Shown: positions 20,871-31,088, counted from the stretch's first letter. The stretch is DNA of 64,000 nt from an uncultured bacterium (GCA_963845185.1 CAWJRG010000009.1:864001-928000); one strand, 5' to 3'. Translations and numbers: made by a program. The notes: a model not told the origin generated them from the letters alone.

Positions 20871-20899
20871 AAATTAGTACAAATGTTCTAATTTGTCAA
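20871..20899 (-). promoter_or_regulatory. lexA promoter with overlapping SOS box
   Basis: TTGACA-17nt-TAATTT on minus strand; palindrome TTAGAAC-ATTT-GTACTAA (GAAC-N4-GTWC type) at 20874-20891. Confidence 0.8.
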
Positions 20900-20971
20900 G
20901 ATAAAAATATAACTCCAAAATATGTGTTTTTTATAGGGTAATTCAGAAGGATTTAAAACTTAAACAAAAAT

Positions 20972-21520
20972 CTACTTTCTTTTCTTCCCTGCTATTATTT
21001 GCCTTGCTCTGGCGGAATAGGACGGCACAGGCGACTTCAGCGCTGTTTCGAGCAGTTTGGCAGCCATGCCGCGCAGCTTGGGCTCAATATCAGCCATGGC
21101 AGTTATGCCCTCCAGGTAAGCTGCGCGCGGCCCGCGGCCTTCTTCCTTTTCCAGCCATTTGTTCATTATTGCCGCGCATTCCCGCGCGTCTTTTCTTGAG
21201 GGTTTTACATAAATAAGCATGTCTGCCAAAAAATACCTGATCCTTTTATAAGTATTGTTCTTTATTGCGGCAATTATTTTATCCTGCCTCTCTTTAACAA
21301 GCAGCGGGTTTTTCCTCGCCGCCCTTGCGCACGCCTCTGCGCATCGCTCCGCAGCCAGGCCGCTGGATAAAAGTGCTTTTTCAAGCACTGCGTCAAACAG
21401 CATTTGCCCCGAGTGCGCTATTTCACTGCCCGCGTATTTAGCGCTCATCCTGAATTTCGAATCAATGCCCGACAGTTCTGTTATTATGTCTGCGCCTGCA
21501 ATATTATTTTTTGATTTCAT
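20972..21520 (-). CDS. Hypothetical helical (HEAT-like) protein
   Basis: 182-aa ORF in operon orientation. Confidence 0.6.
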   Translation of the reverse strand: MKSKNNIAGADIITELSGIDSKFRMSAKYAGSEIAHSGQMLFDAVLEKALLSSGLAAERCAEACARAARKNPLLVKERQDKIIAAIKNNTYKRIRYFLADMLIYVKPSRKDARECAAIMNKWLEKEEGRGPRAAYLEGITAMADIEPKLRGMAAKLLETALKSPVPSYSARARQIIAGKKRK

Positions 21521-21530
21521 GGCACCCGGT

Positions 21531-22505
21531 TTATCTTTTCACTCCATTTATCAGTTCCTCAATGCTTCCGTTAAATTCCAGGCCGCTGTTCCTGCCCTCG
21601 CCCGAAAAAATTTCCCTGCCGCCTTCAAGCAAACGCACGCGTATCTTTGACTGCAGGGTTTCATTTACCCGCGATTTCATTTCCCCGTATTTCGGCGCTG
21701 CCAGTTCAGCGCCTTTTATTCTGTCCCCGCTTATCTCAAGTGTATGCTTCTTGTCCGATATAACCAGCTCTATGCCAGTATTGTTTGCGATTATTTTTTC
21801 CACCCGCACGCCGGTGTATGTGGCAAACCTGTATATTTTTCCCCTGAGGTACAGGCCGGCAATAAACCCTGTAAAAAAACTTCCAAGCCACGGTATCTTT
21901 GCCACTGAAACGAAAAGCGAGGCTTCAGGCTCGCTAAAGTGGTTGGTCTGCAGCCATATCCACGATGACGGCATGGACTCGCCCCAGTCCTTTTCCGCAA
22001 ACCCTTTGCCGTTGTTAAAATCCATGCGCTGCCCGTTTATCTCAAACCACCCTTTTATCCTGTGGTTAAAGCTTAAAACACCGTGGTAGCATTCCATAAA
22101 AGGCACAAATCCGTACCAACCCATGACACCCGGGGACAATAAGCTGACAGGCCAGGGTATAATGTTCTCAAATGACAGGTCAGCCTTTACGCTGTTACCT
22201 TCCTGCTCTATATCAAGCTTCAGGCTTTTGCCGGAAAAACTGCTGTTGGCAATGCCGATATTAAAGGTTTTCGCTTCAGCCCTGAAATCTTCTTTTGCGA
22301 ACCTGAAATAAAAAGACCGGTTATGGTTTCCGTCAAGCACCTGTATGAATGAATGCTCTGTGTCCCTGTCTCCTGTAATAGAAATTCCGGGAATGACCGA
22401 TATTGCGTTCTTTTCCGGGAAATCAACGTTCTTAAAATACCATCCTTCAAAATATTTTTTTGTCTTACCCCTGCCCTGAAATATCTCCGGCTTATATAAA
22501 TTCAT
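21531..22505 (-). CDS. Tocopherol cyclase family protein
   Basis: YFEGWYFK, MGW..FVPFMECYHG, EKDWG.S.PS.WIW.Q. Confidence 0.88.
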   Translation of the reverse strand: MNLYKPEIFQGRGKTKKYFEGWYFKNVDFPEKNAISVIPGISITGDRDTEHSFIQVLDGNHNRSFYFRFAKEDFRAEAKTFNIGIANSSFSGKSLKLDIEQEGNSVKADLSFENIIPWPVSLLSPGVMGWYGFVPFMECYHGVLSFNHRIKGWFEINGQRMDFNNGKGFAEKDWGESMPSSWIWLQTNHFSEPEASLFVSVAKIPWLGSFFTGFIAGLYLRGKIYRFATYTGVRVEKIIANNTGIELVISDKKHTLEISGDRIKGAELAAPKYGEMKSRVNETLQSKIRVRLLEGGREIFSGEGRNSGLEFNGSIEELINGVKR

Positions 22506-22601
22506 CTCATCTCCTGAAATAATAAATTATTCCTCGCCAAACAAAAAAGCCCTGAGCTTGCGGCTCCGGGCTGTAATTATAATACAATTACCGCGCTGTT
22601 T

Positions 22602-24545
22602 CTAATTTGTACCCTCTTTTAACGAGAATACTTCGCATGCCTCATCACCGTAAACTTTTGTGAAATATTTAACCATGATATCCTTAAATTTCGGGCTGTT
22701 GGTTATGCCAACCACATCCTCGTATCCACCTGTCTGGAGCCTCTTTAATTCATCCCAGTTAAAAAGAATGTATTTGATGTTGCGCTTCTTAAAAACGTCC
22801 AGTATTTCATTGTCATTCATCGCTTCAAAACCTTCAAAGATAGACCTGTGGTTAAAAACCGTGTAAGCCAGCACCGGCCTTTCTATATAAAAAGTCCTGG
22901 CTTCACCCAGGACAAATATCCCTGCGCCGCGTTCAGTTTTTTTGTTTATAAAATCAGCTGCCGGATAATACGATATATACCTTTTAATATATTCATTCCT
23001 TGGTATCGCGAATACCTGAAAAGGCCTCAAATAATACTCGCAAAAGTAAAAAGAAGAAACTGCCTCGACAGCTATAAGCAGGCCGAAAACCAGGTATTTC
23101 AGCTTTGAATTTATATTTGCAAATGCCTGGCCAGCCACAACAGCCATGATAAAAACAACAGGCAGGAGAAAACGCATTACCTCACCTGTAAAAAACCATG
23201 TTATATAATAAAAAACCATAAACAAGGCTGCCAGCCCTGTCTTTTTCATGTCCGTAAGCGGCAGCACTATTAAAGCAATAAGGAAAAGCGGAGACACCTC
23301 ATCCCCTCCGAACATGTTGCTGTTATATACGACGACAAAAGGGCTGATTATCAAGTTTAAAAGAGTATGCGGCATGCCAAAGCCGTTTACATGCGACACA
23401 TATGCTACAGCGTCGGCCTTAAGCCCTGCTTCCATGTCGAACATGCCTGTAAAAAAAGGATAAAAAGGGTCTCCTGTATAAAAGTAATTTTTTATGATGT
23501 ACGGCAATACGATGCATGCCGGGACCAGCAGGTACATTATTGCATTCCTGGCTCCAATCCTTTTCTTTGCCAGCATATAAATAAAAACAGCCGCGCCGAA
23601 AGCATATACAACAATGCCCGTATATTTTATGGACATTATCATCCCGGCAATTATACCGGCTAGCAAGCCGTCGCCGGCGTTAAACCCGGAATCAATGCCT
23701 TTTACCAGGATGTAAAAAAGCAGAGCTGTAAAAAACATCAGCGGCAGTTCGGCGCCTATCCTCGACGCGTTAAGCATAAAAATCGGGCAAATCGCCAGCA
23801 AAAGCACGGATACTTTTTTATTTACCTTTAATTCATCAGCCAAACCCGCCAGCGCTGCAATTGACATGATTGCCATGAAAAAATAAAGGAGCTTGACGCA
23901 CAGTTCATTGGATATTAAAAGAACAAACAAGCAGTTCATCTGCATCAGCTGCGGATAAAAAGAAAATATATTTTCCTTCATGTTTATTATGCCGCCCGCC
24001 TGTATGTACTGCTCAGGCACTGCAAGGTGGTAAACAAGGGTGTCATAATAAATTGGCGGAGTCAGGCATGCGAAAAACAGGTAAATAAAAACAAATCCGG
24101 CTACTGCGTAAAAGGCGGCGCTTGTCAGGTTTGTCTGCGCTCCCTGCAGCCCTTTCAGGAAGGCGCTTATGTCAAATATAATTTTCTTTATTTCCTTGTA
24201 GGAAAAAACCGCCATTGCGGCCAGCACTGCCAATGCAAAAAAAATATTGTAAAGCCCGACCGTGCCTGCCAGGAAAAAAAGCGTGCCCACCGCGCCTATG
24301 GAAAGCGCGAATGCCACCGGATATTTTACTGCTGGAGCGCTTATCTTCAGGATTTTCTGCATTTTAATCCCGAAGGCAAGGTACACCGCAAACAGTATGG
24401 CGGCAAGGGCAAAATTAGGCAAATAATAAATAAAATCCTTTGGCGGGTATATGCCCCAGAATATGCAGCATGCGGCAAATACAGCTGTTAATATAAATAT
24501 CTGAAGATATTTCATATATTCCTCACTTTCCAGACTTATTTTCAC
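22602..24545 (-). CDS. Polytopic membrane glycosyltransferase-like protein (GT-C/ArnT-like)
   Basis: Many TM helices; YDTLVYHLAVP, KYTG, GDPFYP, RFLLP. Confidence 0.75.
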   Translation of the reverse strand: MKISLESEEYMKYLQIFILTAVFAACCIFWGIYPPKDFIYYLPNFALAAILFAVYLAFGIKMQKILKISAPAVKYPVAFALSIGAVGTLFFLAGTVGLYNIFFALAVLAAMAVFSYKEIKKIIFDISAFLKGLQGAQTNLTSAAFYAVAGFVFIYLFFACLTPPIYYDTLVYHLAVPEQYIQAGGIINMKENIFSFYPQLMQMNCLFVLLISNELCVKLLYFFMAIMSIAALAGLADELKVNKKVSVLLLAICPIFMLNASRIGAELPLMFFTALLFYILVKGIDSGFNAGDGLLAGIIAGMIMSIKYTGIVVYAFGAAVFIYMLAKKRIGARNAIMYLLVPACIVLPYIIKNYFYTGDPFYPFFTGMFDMEAGLKADAVAYVSHVNGFGMPHTLLNLIISPFVVVYNSNMFGGDEVSPLFLIALIVLPLTDMKKTGLAALFMVFYYITWFFTGEVMRFLLPVVFIMAVVAGQAFANINSKLKYLVFGLLIAVEAVSSFYFCEYYLRPFQVFAIPRNEYIKRYISYYPAADFINKKTERGAGIFVLGEARTFYIERPVLAYTVFNHRSIFEGFEAMNDNEILDVFKKRNIKYILFNWDELKRLQTGGYEDVVGITNSPKFKDIMVKYFTKVYGDEACEVFSLKEGTN

Positions 24546-24610
24546 TAATAAGCATATAACAACCCGGGATTGTTTTCAAGACAGGAATTTTTACGTTAGT
24601 GTACATTATT

Positions 24611-24838
24611 GTGTGTAATTTCAAAAACAAACAGACTCTCGCCCCTTGAGGAGTTAAATAATCCGGTGGATTATTTAACGGGTAGAAGTCATCTGGATAT
24701 TTCGATGAATGCTTTTCTACCCAGAGTAAGAGAGGGGAGGCGGAGGAAATATAGGAATTATCACCCTCACCCTGTCCCTCTCCCGTCAAGGGAGAAGGGG
24801 TTTATCTTTCTAATTATAATAGAATTGAAATTATACAC
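24611..24838. mobile_element. MITE-like composite palindromic element C, copy 1
   Basis: 14-bp TIR gtgtgtaatttcaa/ttgaaattatacac (1 mismatch); near-identical left half at 46824. Confidence 0.75.
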
Positions 24839-24958
24839 TAATAACGAAAATATCTTTTTTACCGTTATTGGCAGAGACGGCCCGGGGTCGCCTCTACTGT
24901 GGAGCCCCCGCCTTCACAGGCAGGCCACTTTTAAAAAAATCTCATATGCTCCCTCCCC

Positions 24959-25012
24959 GGAGCGCTATCAATTCCCACCTCTACTGGTGGGGTCTTTCGC
25001 GGAGTGGGATTA
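24959..25012. repeat. Palindromic element B
   Basis: ggagcgctatcaattcccacctctactggtgggg...cgcggagtgggat; related copies at 43473 and 54640. Confidence 0.7.
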
Positions 25013-25025
25013 AAATCCGGAAGCG

Positions 25026-25646
25026 TTACCCGTGAAGGAAGTAATTAACCTTATACGTATCCCCCAGTTTAAACGGCGTGCCGTGGCCGGGATAGACCAT
25101 GCAGTCCCTGCTGAACGAATTAAAAATTTTAAGTGAATTCCTGAGTTTCTTGCTGTCGCCGCCGGGCAAGTCAGTCCTGCCGACAGTATCCTCAAACAAA
25201 GTATCCCCGGTAAAAATATTATCCCCTATTTTTATAATGCAGCCCCCGGGCGTATGGCCAGGGGTATGGTAAATATCAATATCTTTGAACATTGAGCCTT
25301 GAACGTTGAGCTTTAAATTATATCTATCCCCCGAGAAAAAATTTATTCCTGTTATGCTTAAATCCCCGCCAGCCAAAGCAGCGAGGTTCTTTTTCGGGTC
25401 TGAAAGGATTGGTTTCTCGTCGGCATGCGCGTAAATTATTTCTTTCAGGAAATTATGGAGCGACATTATGTGGTCGCCGTGGCCGTGCGTGAGCAGGATT
25501 CCTACTATCGTAGATTGTTGAGTGTTGATTGTTGATTGGATGGATTCATAAGGCGCGCCCGGGTCTATAATCAAAGCTTCTTTTCCGTCAATGACTATAT
25601 ATGTATTTTCCTCAAATTCATTTTCAACAATGGTATGGATTTTCAT
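25026..25646 (-). CDS. MBL-fold metallo-hydrolase (glyoxalase II/YcbL-like)
   Basis: THGHGDH, HTPGHTPG, FTGDTLF, VGRTDLPGG, YPGHG. Confidence 0.92.
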   Translation of the reverse strand: MKIHTIVENEFEENTYIVIDGKEALIIDPGAPYESIQSTINTQQSTIVGILLTHGHGDHIMSLHNFLKEIIYAHADEKPILSDPKKNLAALAGGDLSITGINFFSGDRYNLKLNVQGSMFKDIDIYHTPGHTPGGCIIKIGDNIFTGDTLFEDTVGRTDLPGGDSKKLRNSLKIFNSFSRDCMVYPGHGTPFKLGDTYKVNYFLHG

Positions 25647-25655
25647 GTGATTTGT

Positions 25656-26654
25656 TTAATTTCCCTGATATAATGTTGCCCATGTATCATCAATCCCCCA
25701 TAAAGTCTGGCATCCAGACCCGCATGATGAATACCCTTCACCGTCGTCTATGTAACCTCTACCATTATACACGCAAAATGCGGGCGCGTATCTCGGCGAA
25801 AAATATCCACCCTTGAATTTTAATTTCCAATTAATGCCGTCATTTGAAACCCATGCGTCATTCATATATGAATTGGCATTTCCGTTATAGCCGGCTATAA
25901 CCCAGATCTGGTTGTTCAGGACAAAGCACGCGAAATTTTCCCTTGCGCTGAAAGCTGTATTTGAGACTGCGCAGGCCCAGTTTGCCCCGTCGCTCGAGGA
26001 CCAGACGTCGTTCATTGCCTGCCCTGAATTTCCGGCTATCATCCACAGCTTGTTGTTGAAATTAACTCCTCCATGGCCAGTCCTTGTGCCGTATGCCGCG
26101 GCGTTTGTGGCAGTGTTCCATGTAATACCGTCCGGCGACCACCAGACGCCTGCCCCGCCCATGACCCACATGTCGTTATTATACACGACGCATGTATGGC
26201 CCGACACGTTAAAAGGGGCTGTGCTTGTATCCACGGCCCATGTTATGCCTTCGGTTGAGGAATAAACATTGCTGCCGATAATCACCCACATGCTGTTGTT
26301 AAATACCACGCATGTATGGCTGCTTATTGCGCCCATTGTCGTATTTGTGGCGGCCGTATACCAGGTCCCGCCATCCGTTGAACTCAATACATCGCTATAT
26401 ACAGTAGATGACCAACCCCCAAGCATACCGGCTATTATCCATAATTTCCCATTGTAGGAACACATAGTATGATAGCATCTACATAAATGAATCGTATCAA
26501 ATTCCCCCGAATCCGACTCCCCCATGTTGCCAAACCAATATGTCTGGTCAAATAAAGGGATAAGCTCTTTAAAAGACGACGTAGGGGTATGCTTTGAGCA
26601 TCCATAAACAAAGAAAATCAACACAATGCCCATGAAAACGCTCCTTAATTTCAT
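25656..26654 (-). CDS. Kelch/beta-propeller lipoprotein
   Basis: VYGC lipobox; repeats R..H..VVFNNKLW.IAG..NDVWSS.DG.NW. Confidence 0.8.
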   Translation of the reverse strand: MKLRSVFMGIVLIFFVYGCSKHTPTSSFKELIPLFDQTYWFGNMGESDSGEFDTIHLCRCYHTMCSYNGKLWIIAGMLGGWSSTVYSDVLSSTDGGTWYTAATNTTMGAISSHTCVVFNNSMWVIIGSNVYSSTEGITWAVDTSTAPFNVSGHTCVVYNNDMWVMGGAGVWWSPDGITWNTATNAAAYGTRTGHGGVNFNNKLWMIAGNSGQAMNDVWSSSDGANWACAVSNTAFSARENFACFVLNNQIWVIAGYNGNANSYMNDAWVSNDGINWKLKFKGGYFSPRYAPAFCVYNGRGYIDDGEGYSSCGSGCQTLWGIDDTWATLYQGN

Positions 26655-26668
26655 ATATTTCTCCTTTT

Positions 26669-27421
26669 TTATGGCGCGCCAAAAATAATATCAGCCAGGA
26701 TATAAAATCCGGAAAAATCAAACGGAATATCCTTATAAGCATACGGGCCCTGGCTTGATACATAACGATAACCTGTCTTAAGAGTGAAATTTGGCCAGTT
26801 TATATTTATTATATCGCAGCCTATCTCAACTTTTCCGCTTATGTTTAATCCAGAGCCGGGCGTAACGACCTCTGAGTACTGCGCCCCGTCCGAATAATAC
26901 GTAACCAGGGTGGTATCGCCCGTCCTAAAAAAAACACCGAAGTCCACTCCCAAATACGGGTTAAATCCGGAAGCGTGCTTGTATTCAGAAAAATATTTTC
27001 TAAAACCGGGCGCCAAATAATACAGGTCGAGGTTATTGATAATATTATATGCTGACTGCTTATTATTGTAATAGATGGAACTTTCATATTTTGTATTAAG
27101 TATCCCGGTACTTATATAAAAAGCCATTATGTTATTTGGATTTTCCCCAAAAATCCAGGCTATCGTCGCGTCATATGGCAAGAGTATATTTATATTCTTT
27201 AATGTCCCGGCAAGCCCCATGGCCTCATATGTCTGATTCAACTCGTTTATCTTGTTGTTAAAATCATACATGGAAGCATAATAAAAACCCGCCCCGGCTT
27301 CAAGCCTGAATTCATACAAATCAATTTTTGCTTCAAGGCTGAAAGCAAATAATAAAAAGAAGGTTAGTATGGAATAAAGTTTGACAAGAGTCCCTGCCTT
27401 GAATTTTAAATTCCGCCCCAT
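26669..27421 (-). CDS. Putative outer-membrane beta-barrel protein
   Basis: Signal peptide, NPYLGVDFG, GYRY, DFSGFYI alternating aromatic strands. Confidence 0.65.
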   Translation of the reverse strand: MGRNLKFKAGTLVKLYSILTFFLLFAFSLEAKIDLYEFRLEAGAGFYYASMYDFNNKINELNQTYEAMGLAGTLKNINILLPYDATIAWIFGENPNNIMAFYISTGILNTKYESSIYYNNKQSAYNIINNLDLYYLAPGFRKYFSEYKHASGFNPYLGVDFGVFFRTGDTTLVTYYSDGAQYSEVVTPGSGLNISGKVEIGCDIININWPNFTLKTGYRYVSSQGPYAYKDIPFDFSGFYILADIIFGAP

Positions 27422-27587
27422 ATTTTCTCCCGTTTTTTAGTTTTATATTTTTCCTCCTGTTATCTTAATTACTGTATTAAATTATACTTTATTAAAGTTG
27501 TTTTTTCAAGATTGTTATAGTAATAGTTTTTTTCATAATCATTTTCAACAATGGTAAAAATCCGCATATGGATTTTTTTGACTGAAA

Positions 27588-28346
27588 TTATTGTATTGAA
27601 ACCGAATCTATATAAATCGTACCTTTAAAAGGTCCAGGCTCCGTGCAGTTAGGCGGTGAAGTCGCCGTGCACAGGCCCAAGCCGATCTTAATGCCCCAGA
27701 CAAAATAGTTATCTGGGCTTTCGCCATTCTGCGCAAATGTCTTGCCGTTAGAGGCTGGGTCGGATGTACTTGAACATAACATTTCATCTACAGGGGCGGA
27801 TATTTTGTTCCATATACCGGGCGTACTGCCTGACGGAGTGCTGAGATTCTCCCATCCATTGGTACCCGGCCCCTGATACCAGTGATAACTTCCGGAAACC
27901 TGGATAAAAAAACTTCCGCCGTCAGGCTGGCTTGAATTAAACATGTTTGCAGGCGCCCAGACATAGGCTGTAATGGTTTTGTGGCTAAGAATCATACCCG
28001 GTGCCGTAATGGCAATGACACCGCCGCCATGGTTTGAGTCCGGGGTTGGGCCCGAGTAAAAATTGCAATCAAGCTTAAGCGAACTATAGCCTGCGTAAGC
28101 CACATCAGCTGATATGGTTTCCGATGTAAACCCAATATTATCAGTTATCGCACTAATGCTAAACCCGTCATTAGCACCTAAACCATCGTATGGTTCAAAC
28201 GGGTAAGTTGCTTTATCCACAGTGAGCCCGGAGCCTGATTCAACTGCCGAAGTCGGATAGGATTTTATCTCTCCGCATCCGAAAATTGCAGCTATAGCCA
28301 GCAGCGCTATTGCCATAAAAGCCAGAACAATTTTAAAATTTGCCAT
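27588..28346 (-). CDS. Lipoprotein with CBM-like beta-sandwich
   Basis: IFGC lipobox; AYAGYSSLK...WNKIS...GTIYIDSV pattern. Confidence 0.65.
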   Translation of the reverse strand: MANFKIVLAFMAIALLAIAAIFGCGEIKSYPTSAVESGSGLTVDKATYPFEPYDGLGANDGFSISAITDNIGFTSETISADVAYAGYSSLKLDCNFYSGPTPDSNHGGGVIAITAPGMILSHKTITAYVWAPANMFNSSQPDGGSFFIQVSGSYHWYQGPGTNGWENLSTPSGSTPGIWNKISAPVDEMLCSSTSDPASNGKTFAQNGESPDNYFVWGIKIGLGLCTATSPPNCTEPGPFKGTIYIDSVSIQ

Positions 28347-28444
28347 GTTTTTACCTCCGTTTTAAATAATTTTTAATTGTCAATTCTCAATTATCAATTA
28401 ACTTCCGTAATTGAAAATTGAAAACTTTTAATTGATAATTGTTA

Positions 28445-31015
28445 CTAGTATCCTTTCTTATTTATTTCATCCGCGTATTTGATGAATGTATTTACTATGT
28501 CAATGTCGTTCGCTGTAAATTCATTTCCGTCGCCCCATGGATAATCAGGGTCCACGAGGAACCAGTAATCAGCTCCGTTGCCGCCGAGCGTATAAAAATC
28601 ATTCAGCATAAAATTTATCCAATCCGCCCTCGGATACTCATCCTGCCCTTTTGCAATACCGAACTCTTCCATTACAATGGGTTTCTTCAGGACCTCGTGG
28701 CTGTCCTTTATCCATCTTTTAAGTAAAAAATCAACCGTACTTTTTGAATAATGGTTCCACTCCGACGCCGGGTATATATGGAAAGTCGTAAAATCTATGT
28801 CCTTTGACTGCTGGCAAAGTATAAAATCCGTGCCTGAATAATGCTGGCCGTTGTTAAGGTAATACCCCTCGAGACCTGCCGTCACCATGTGGTTTTTGTC
28901 CAGTGATTTTACATAGGCAGCCATTTCACTAATCCACGCTGCCATTGTTTTTGCGCTGGTGTCATCCCTGTCCCATGGTTCGTTGCACAAATCCCACGCG
29001 AATATTGTCGGGTCGTCCTTGTATAAAATGCCGTTGACAGTGTTTTTCCTTAAAACAAGTTTTTGCACGCTCTGCCTGTAGTATTCCTTTGCCTTGTCGT
29101 TTGTCCAGAAACCGTCCTTTGCAACGCCCGCCCATTTCGCCAGGATTTTCGCGCCGCCGTTATAATCCCAGTTATCCACGAAACACAGCGTTATGCGCAT
29201 GCCGTGTTTTTTAGCCGAATCAAGCATGCTGTCAATATTTTTATATGCCTGCTCGTCGAAAAAATCCGGGCCTATCCTCAAATACCTGTGCTCTTTAGTA
29301 TACAATTCCTTGTTTATGGTGTCCATGCTTTCGCCTTCCTGCATGGTGAAAACCCTCATATTTTTTAACCCTATTTTTTTCGCTTCAGAAAATATGTAAC
29401 CGGTAATGTCGTGATTATATTTCTTCGCGTAATCCATGTATTTGGAATACCTTAAATAATAATTTTCAGAACCAAGGAATTTATAAACTTTGTTTCCGTC
29501 GTAAAAATCCGCGCCCTTTGCCTTTATGAAATTAGAGCTTGTGCTGAACGGCCTTGCAGTCATACCGACGAGCTTTTTTGTTTTAAAGCTGAAAACCTGC
29601 GATATCCCGGCTTCCGCCTGGTCGCTTGCCTTTATAATAAACATGTATTTCGTCTCAGGTTTTAGGCCCTCGAGTTTAATGCCCGCTTTTTTGTCTTTCA
29701 GCGTTATTTTATCAGTGAAAGCCCTCAACGGCAGCTCTTCGCCGTAAAAAATGCATGCTTCGGCCCCTGGTTTTGCCGCGAAATCGATAATTGCCCCATC
29801 CTTGCCTTCTTTTATTTTTACGTCCGATATGGTAATGGACGAGGTTTCCTGGTTCATTATACCGCCTGATTTGGCAGCTTCTTTAAAAGCCTGAATCGTT
29901 TTTTCATCCCCAATATCAAAAACGCCGGGCTTTTTCGCGTAATCTCCCATGCCTGAGTTGTTGTAAATAAGAGCAGTGCCGAAATCAAAAAATACTTTCG
30001 ATATCTCAAAAGCATCCATGGCCGAGCCGTTATAATCGCTGAAACCCATTATAACCGGCTTATTGACATTTTTATAAAACATGCTGTTAAAGCCGATAAC
30101 CGCCTGTATTGTTGCTTTCAAGTCGCCCTTTTCTTCAAGTGACGCGTTATAATAGGCAAAATCAATGTCAGGAATTAAAAACAGGTCAAAGGAATTTATC
30201 CTGTCAGCCGAATTTATTGGCTGTTTCACGCTTATGGTTACAAAATGGTTTTTGTCAATTGATTTTATGTAGGAAGACATCTCGCCGGCCCATGCGTAAA
30301 GCATAGAACCGTCCGCGTCGTTTTCATCCTCGGTCCCGTTGCACAAATCCCACGCAAGAACAGCCGGGTCATCAGAGTATTTTATTCCGGTTACGGTATT
30401 TTGCCTGGATATAATCCTGGCAGCGAACATTTTATAATATTCCCTGCTTATTTTATCCTGGAACAGCACGTTGTCGTTTGACCCGCCCGTCCACTGCCTG
30501 TATGCTTTCTTGCCACCGTAATCCGGGTTGTTGTCGCATAATGCCACAATCAATTTTATGCTGTTTTTTGCCGCGGCTGACACGATATAATCCAGCTTCT
30601 TAAATGCCTCTTCGTTATATTTCCCGAAGCCGGTTTCAAAAGCGTATGGTTTGTCTCCCCTGTATGACGCGAGGATTTTTACTATTTTTACATCCGCCTG
30701 CTTGAAAGCAGCAAAAGCCGAGTCTATCTGCTTTTCGTCGAGTGTTGCCATATAAGACGCGCTTACACCGGTCATTTTGACGACTTGCTTGTCCATCATC
30801 AAATTACTGCCTTTAATGCTGAAATCGTTTGCTGAAGATGCCGGCTTTTTTATGTGCTTTGCCTCTGCTTTTACCGCAGCAGGCGCTGTTGCCGCCTGTG
30901 TTATTGCAGGCGTTGCAGCCTGCTGCTGGCTGGTTTGCGCAGCAGCAGGATTAAATATCAAAAACAAGACAAAAGACAGTATTAAAATAACTTTTTTCAT
31001 TTCTTTCATAATCAT
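28445..31015 (-). CDS. Exported protein with two GH5 (mannanase-like) domains around an FN3-like domain
   Basis: C-terminal domain AWDLCNEP and PIVMEEFG; N-terminal domain homologous but degenerate. Confidence 0.88.
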   Translation of the reverse strand: MIMKEMKKVILILSFVLFLIFNPAAAQTSQQQAATPAITQAATAPAAVKAEAKHIKKPASSANDFSIKGSNLMMDKQVVKMTGVSASYMATLDEKQIDSAFAAFKQADVKIVKILASYRGDKPYAFETGFGKYNEEAFKKLDYIVSAAAKNSIKLIVALCDNNPDYGGKKAYRQWTGGSNDNVLFQDKISREYYKMFAARIISRQNTVTGIKYSDDPAVLAWDLCNGTEDENDADGSMLYAWAGEMSSYIKSIDKNHFVTISVKQPINSADRINSFDLFLIPDIDFAYYNASLEEKGDLKATIQAVIGFNSMFYKNVNKPVIMGFSDYNGSAMDAFEISKVFFDFGTALIYNNSGMGDYAKKPGVFDIGDEKTIQAFKEAAKSGGIMNQETSSITISDVKIKEGKDGAIIDFAAKPGAEACIFYGEELPLRAFTDKITLKDKKAGIKLEGLKPETKYMFIIKASDQAEAGISQVFSFKTKKLVGMTARPFSTSSNFIKAKGADFYDGNKVYKFLGSENYYLRYSKYMDYAKKYNHDITGYIFSEAKKIGLKNMRVFTMQEGESMDTINKELYTKEHRYLRIGPDFFDEQAYKNIDSMLDSAKKHGMRITLCFVDNWDYNGGAKILAKWAGVAKDGFWTNDKAKEYYRQSVQKLVLRKNTVNGILYKDDPTIFAWDLCNEPWDRDDTSAKTMAAWISEMAAYVKSLDKNHMVTAGLEGYYLNNGQHYSGTDFILCQQSKDIDFTTFHIYPASEWNHYSKSTVDFLLKRWIKDSHEVLKKPIVMEEFGIAKGQDEYPRADWINFMLNDFYTLGGNGADYWFLVDPDYPWGDGNEFTANDIDIVNTFIKYADEINKKGY

Positions 31016-31039
31016 CCTCCTAATATTTATTACCTACCG

Positions 31040-31067
31040 GTAGAGACACGCCATGACGTGTCTCTAC
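31040..31067. repeat. GTAG-type REP palindrome
   Basis: gtagagacacg ccatga cgtgtctctac. Confidence 0.75.
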
Positions 31068-31088
31068 ATAAATAATATGCAGTATTGT

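Noticed and set aside
21531..22505. Tocopherol cyclase as a sign of vitamin E synthesis
   Set aside because: The family is widespread in non-phototrophs; no other pathway genes nearby
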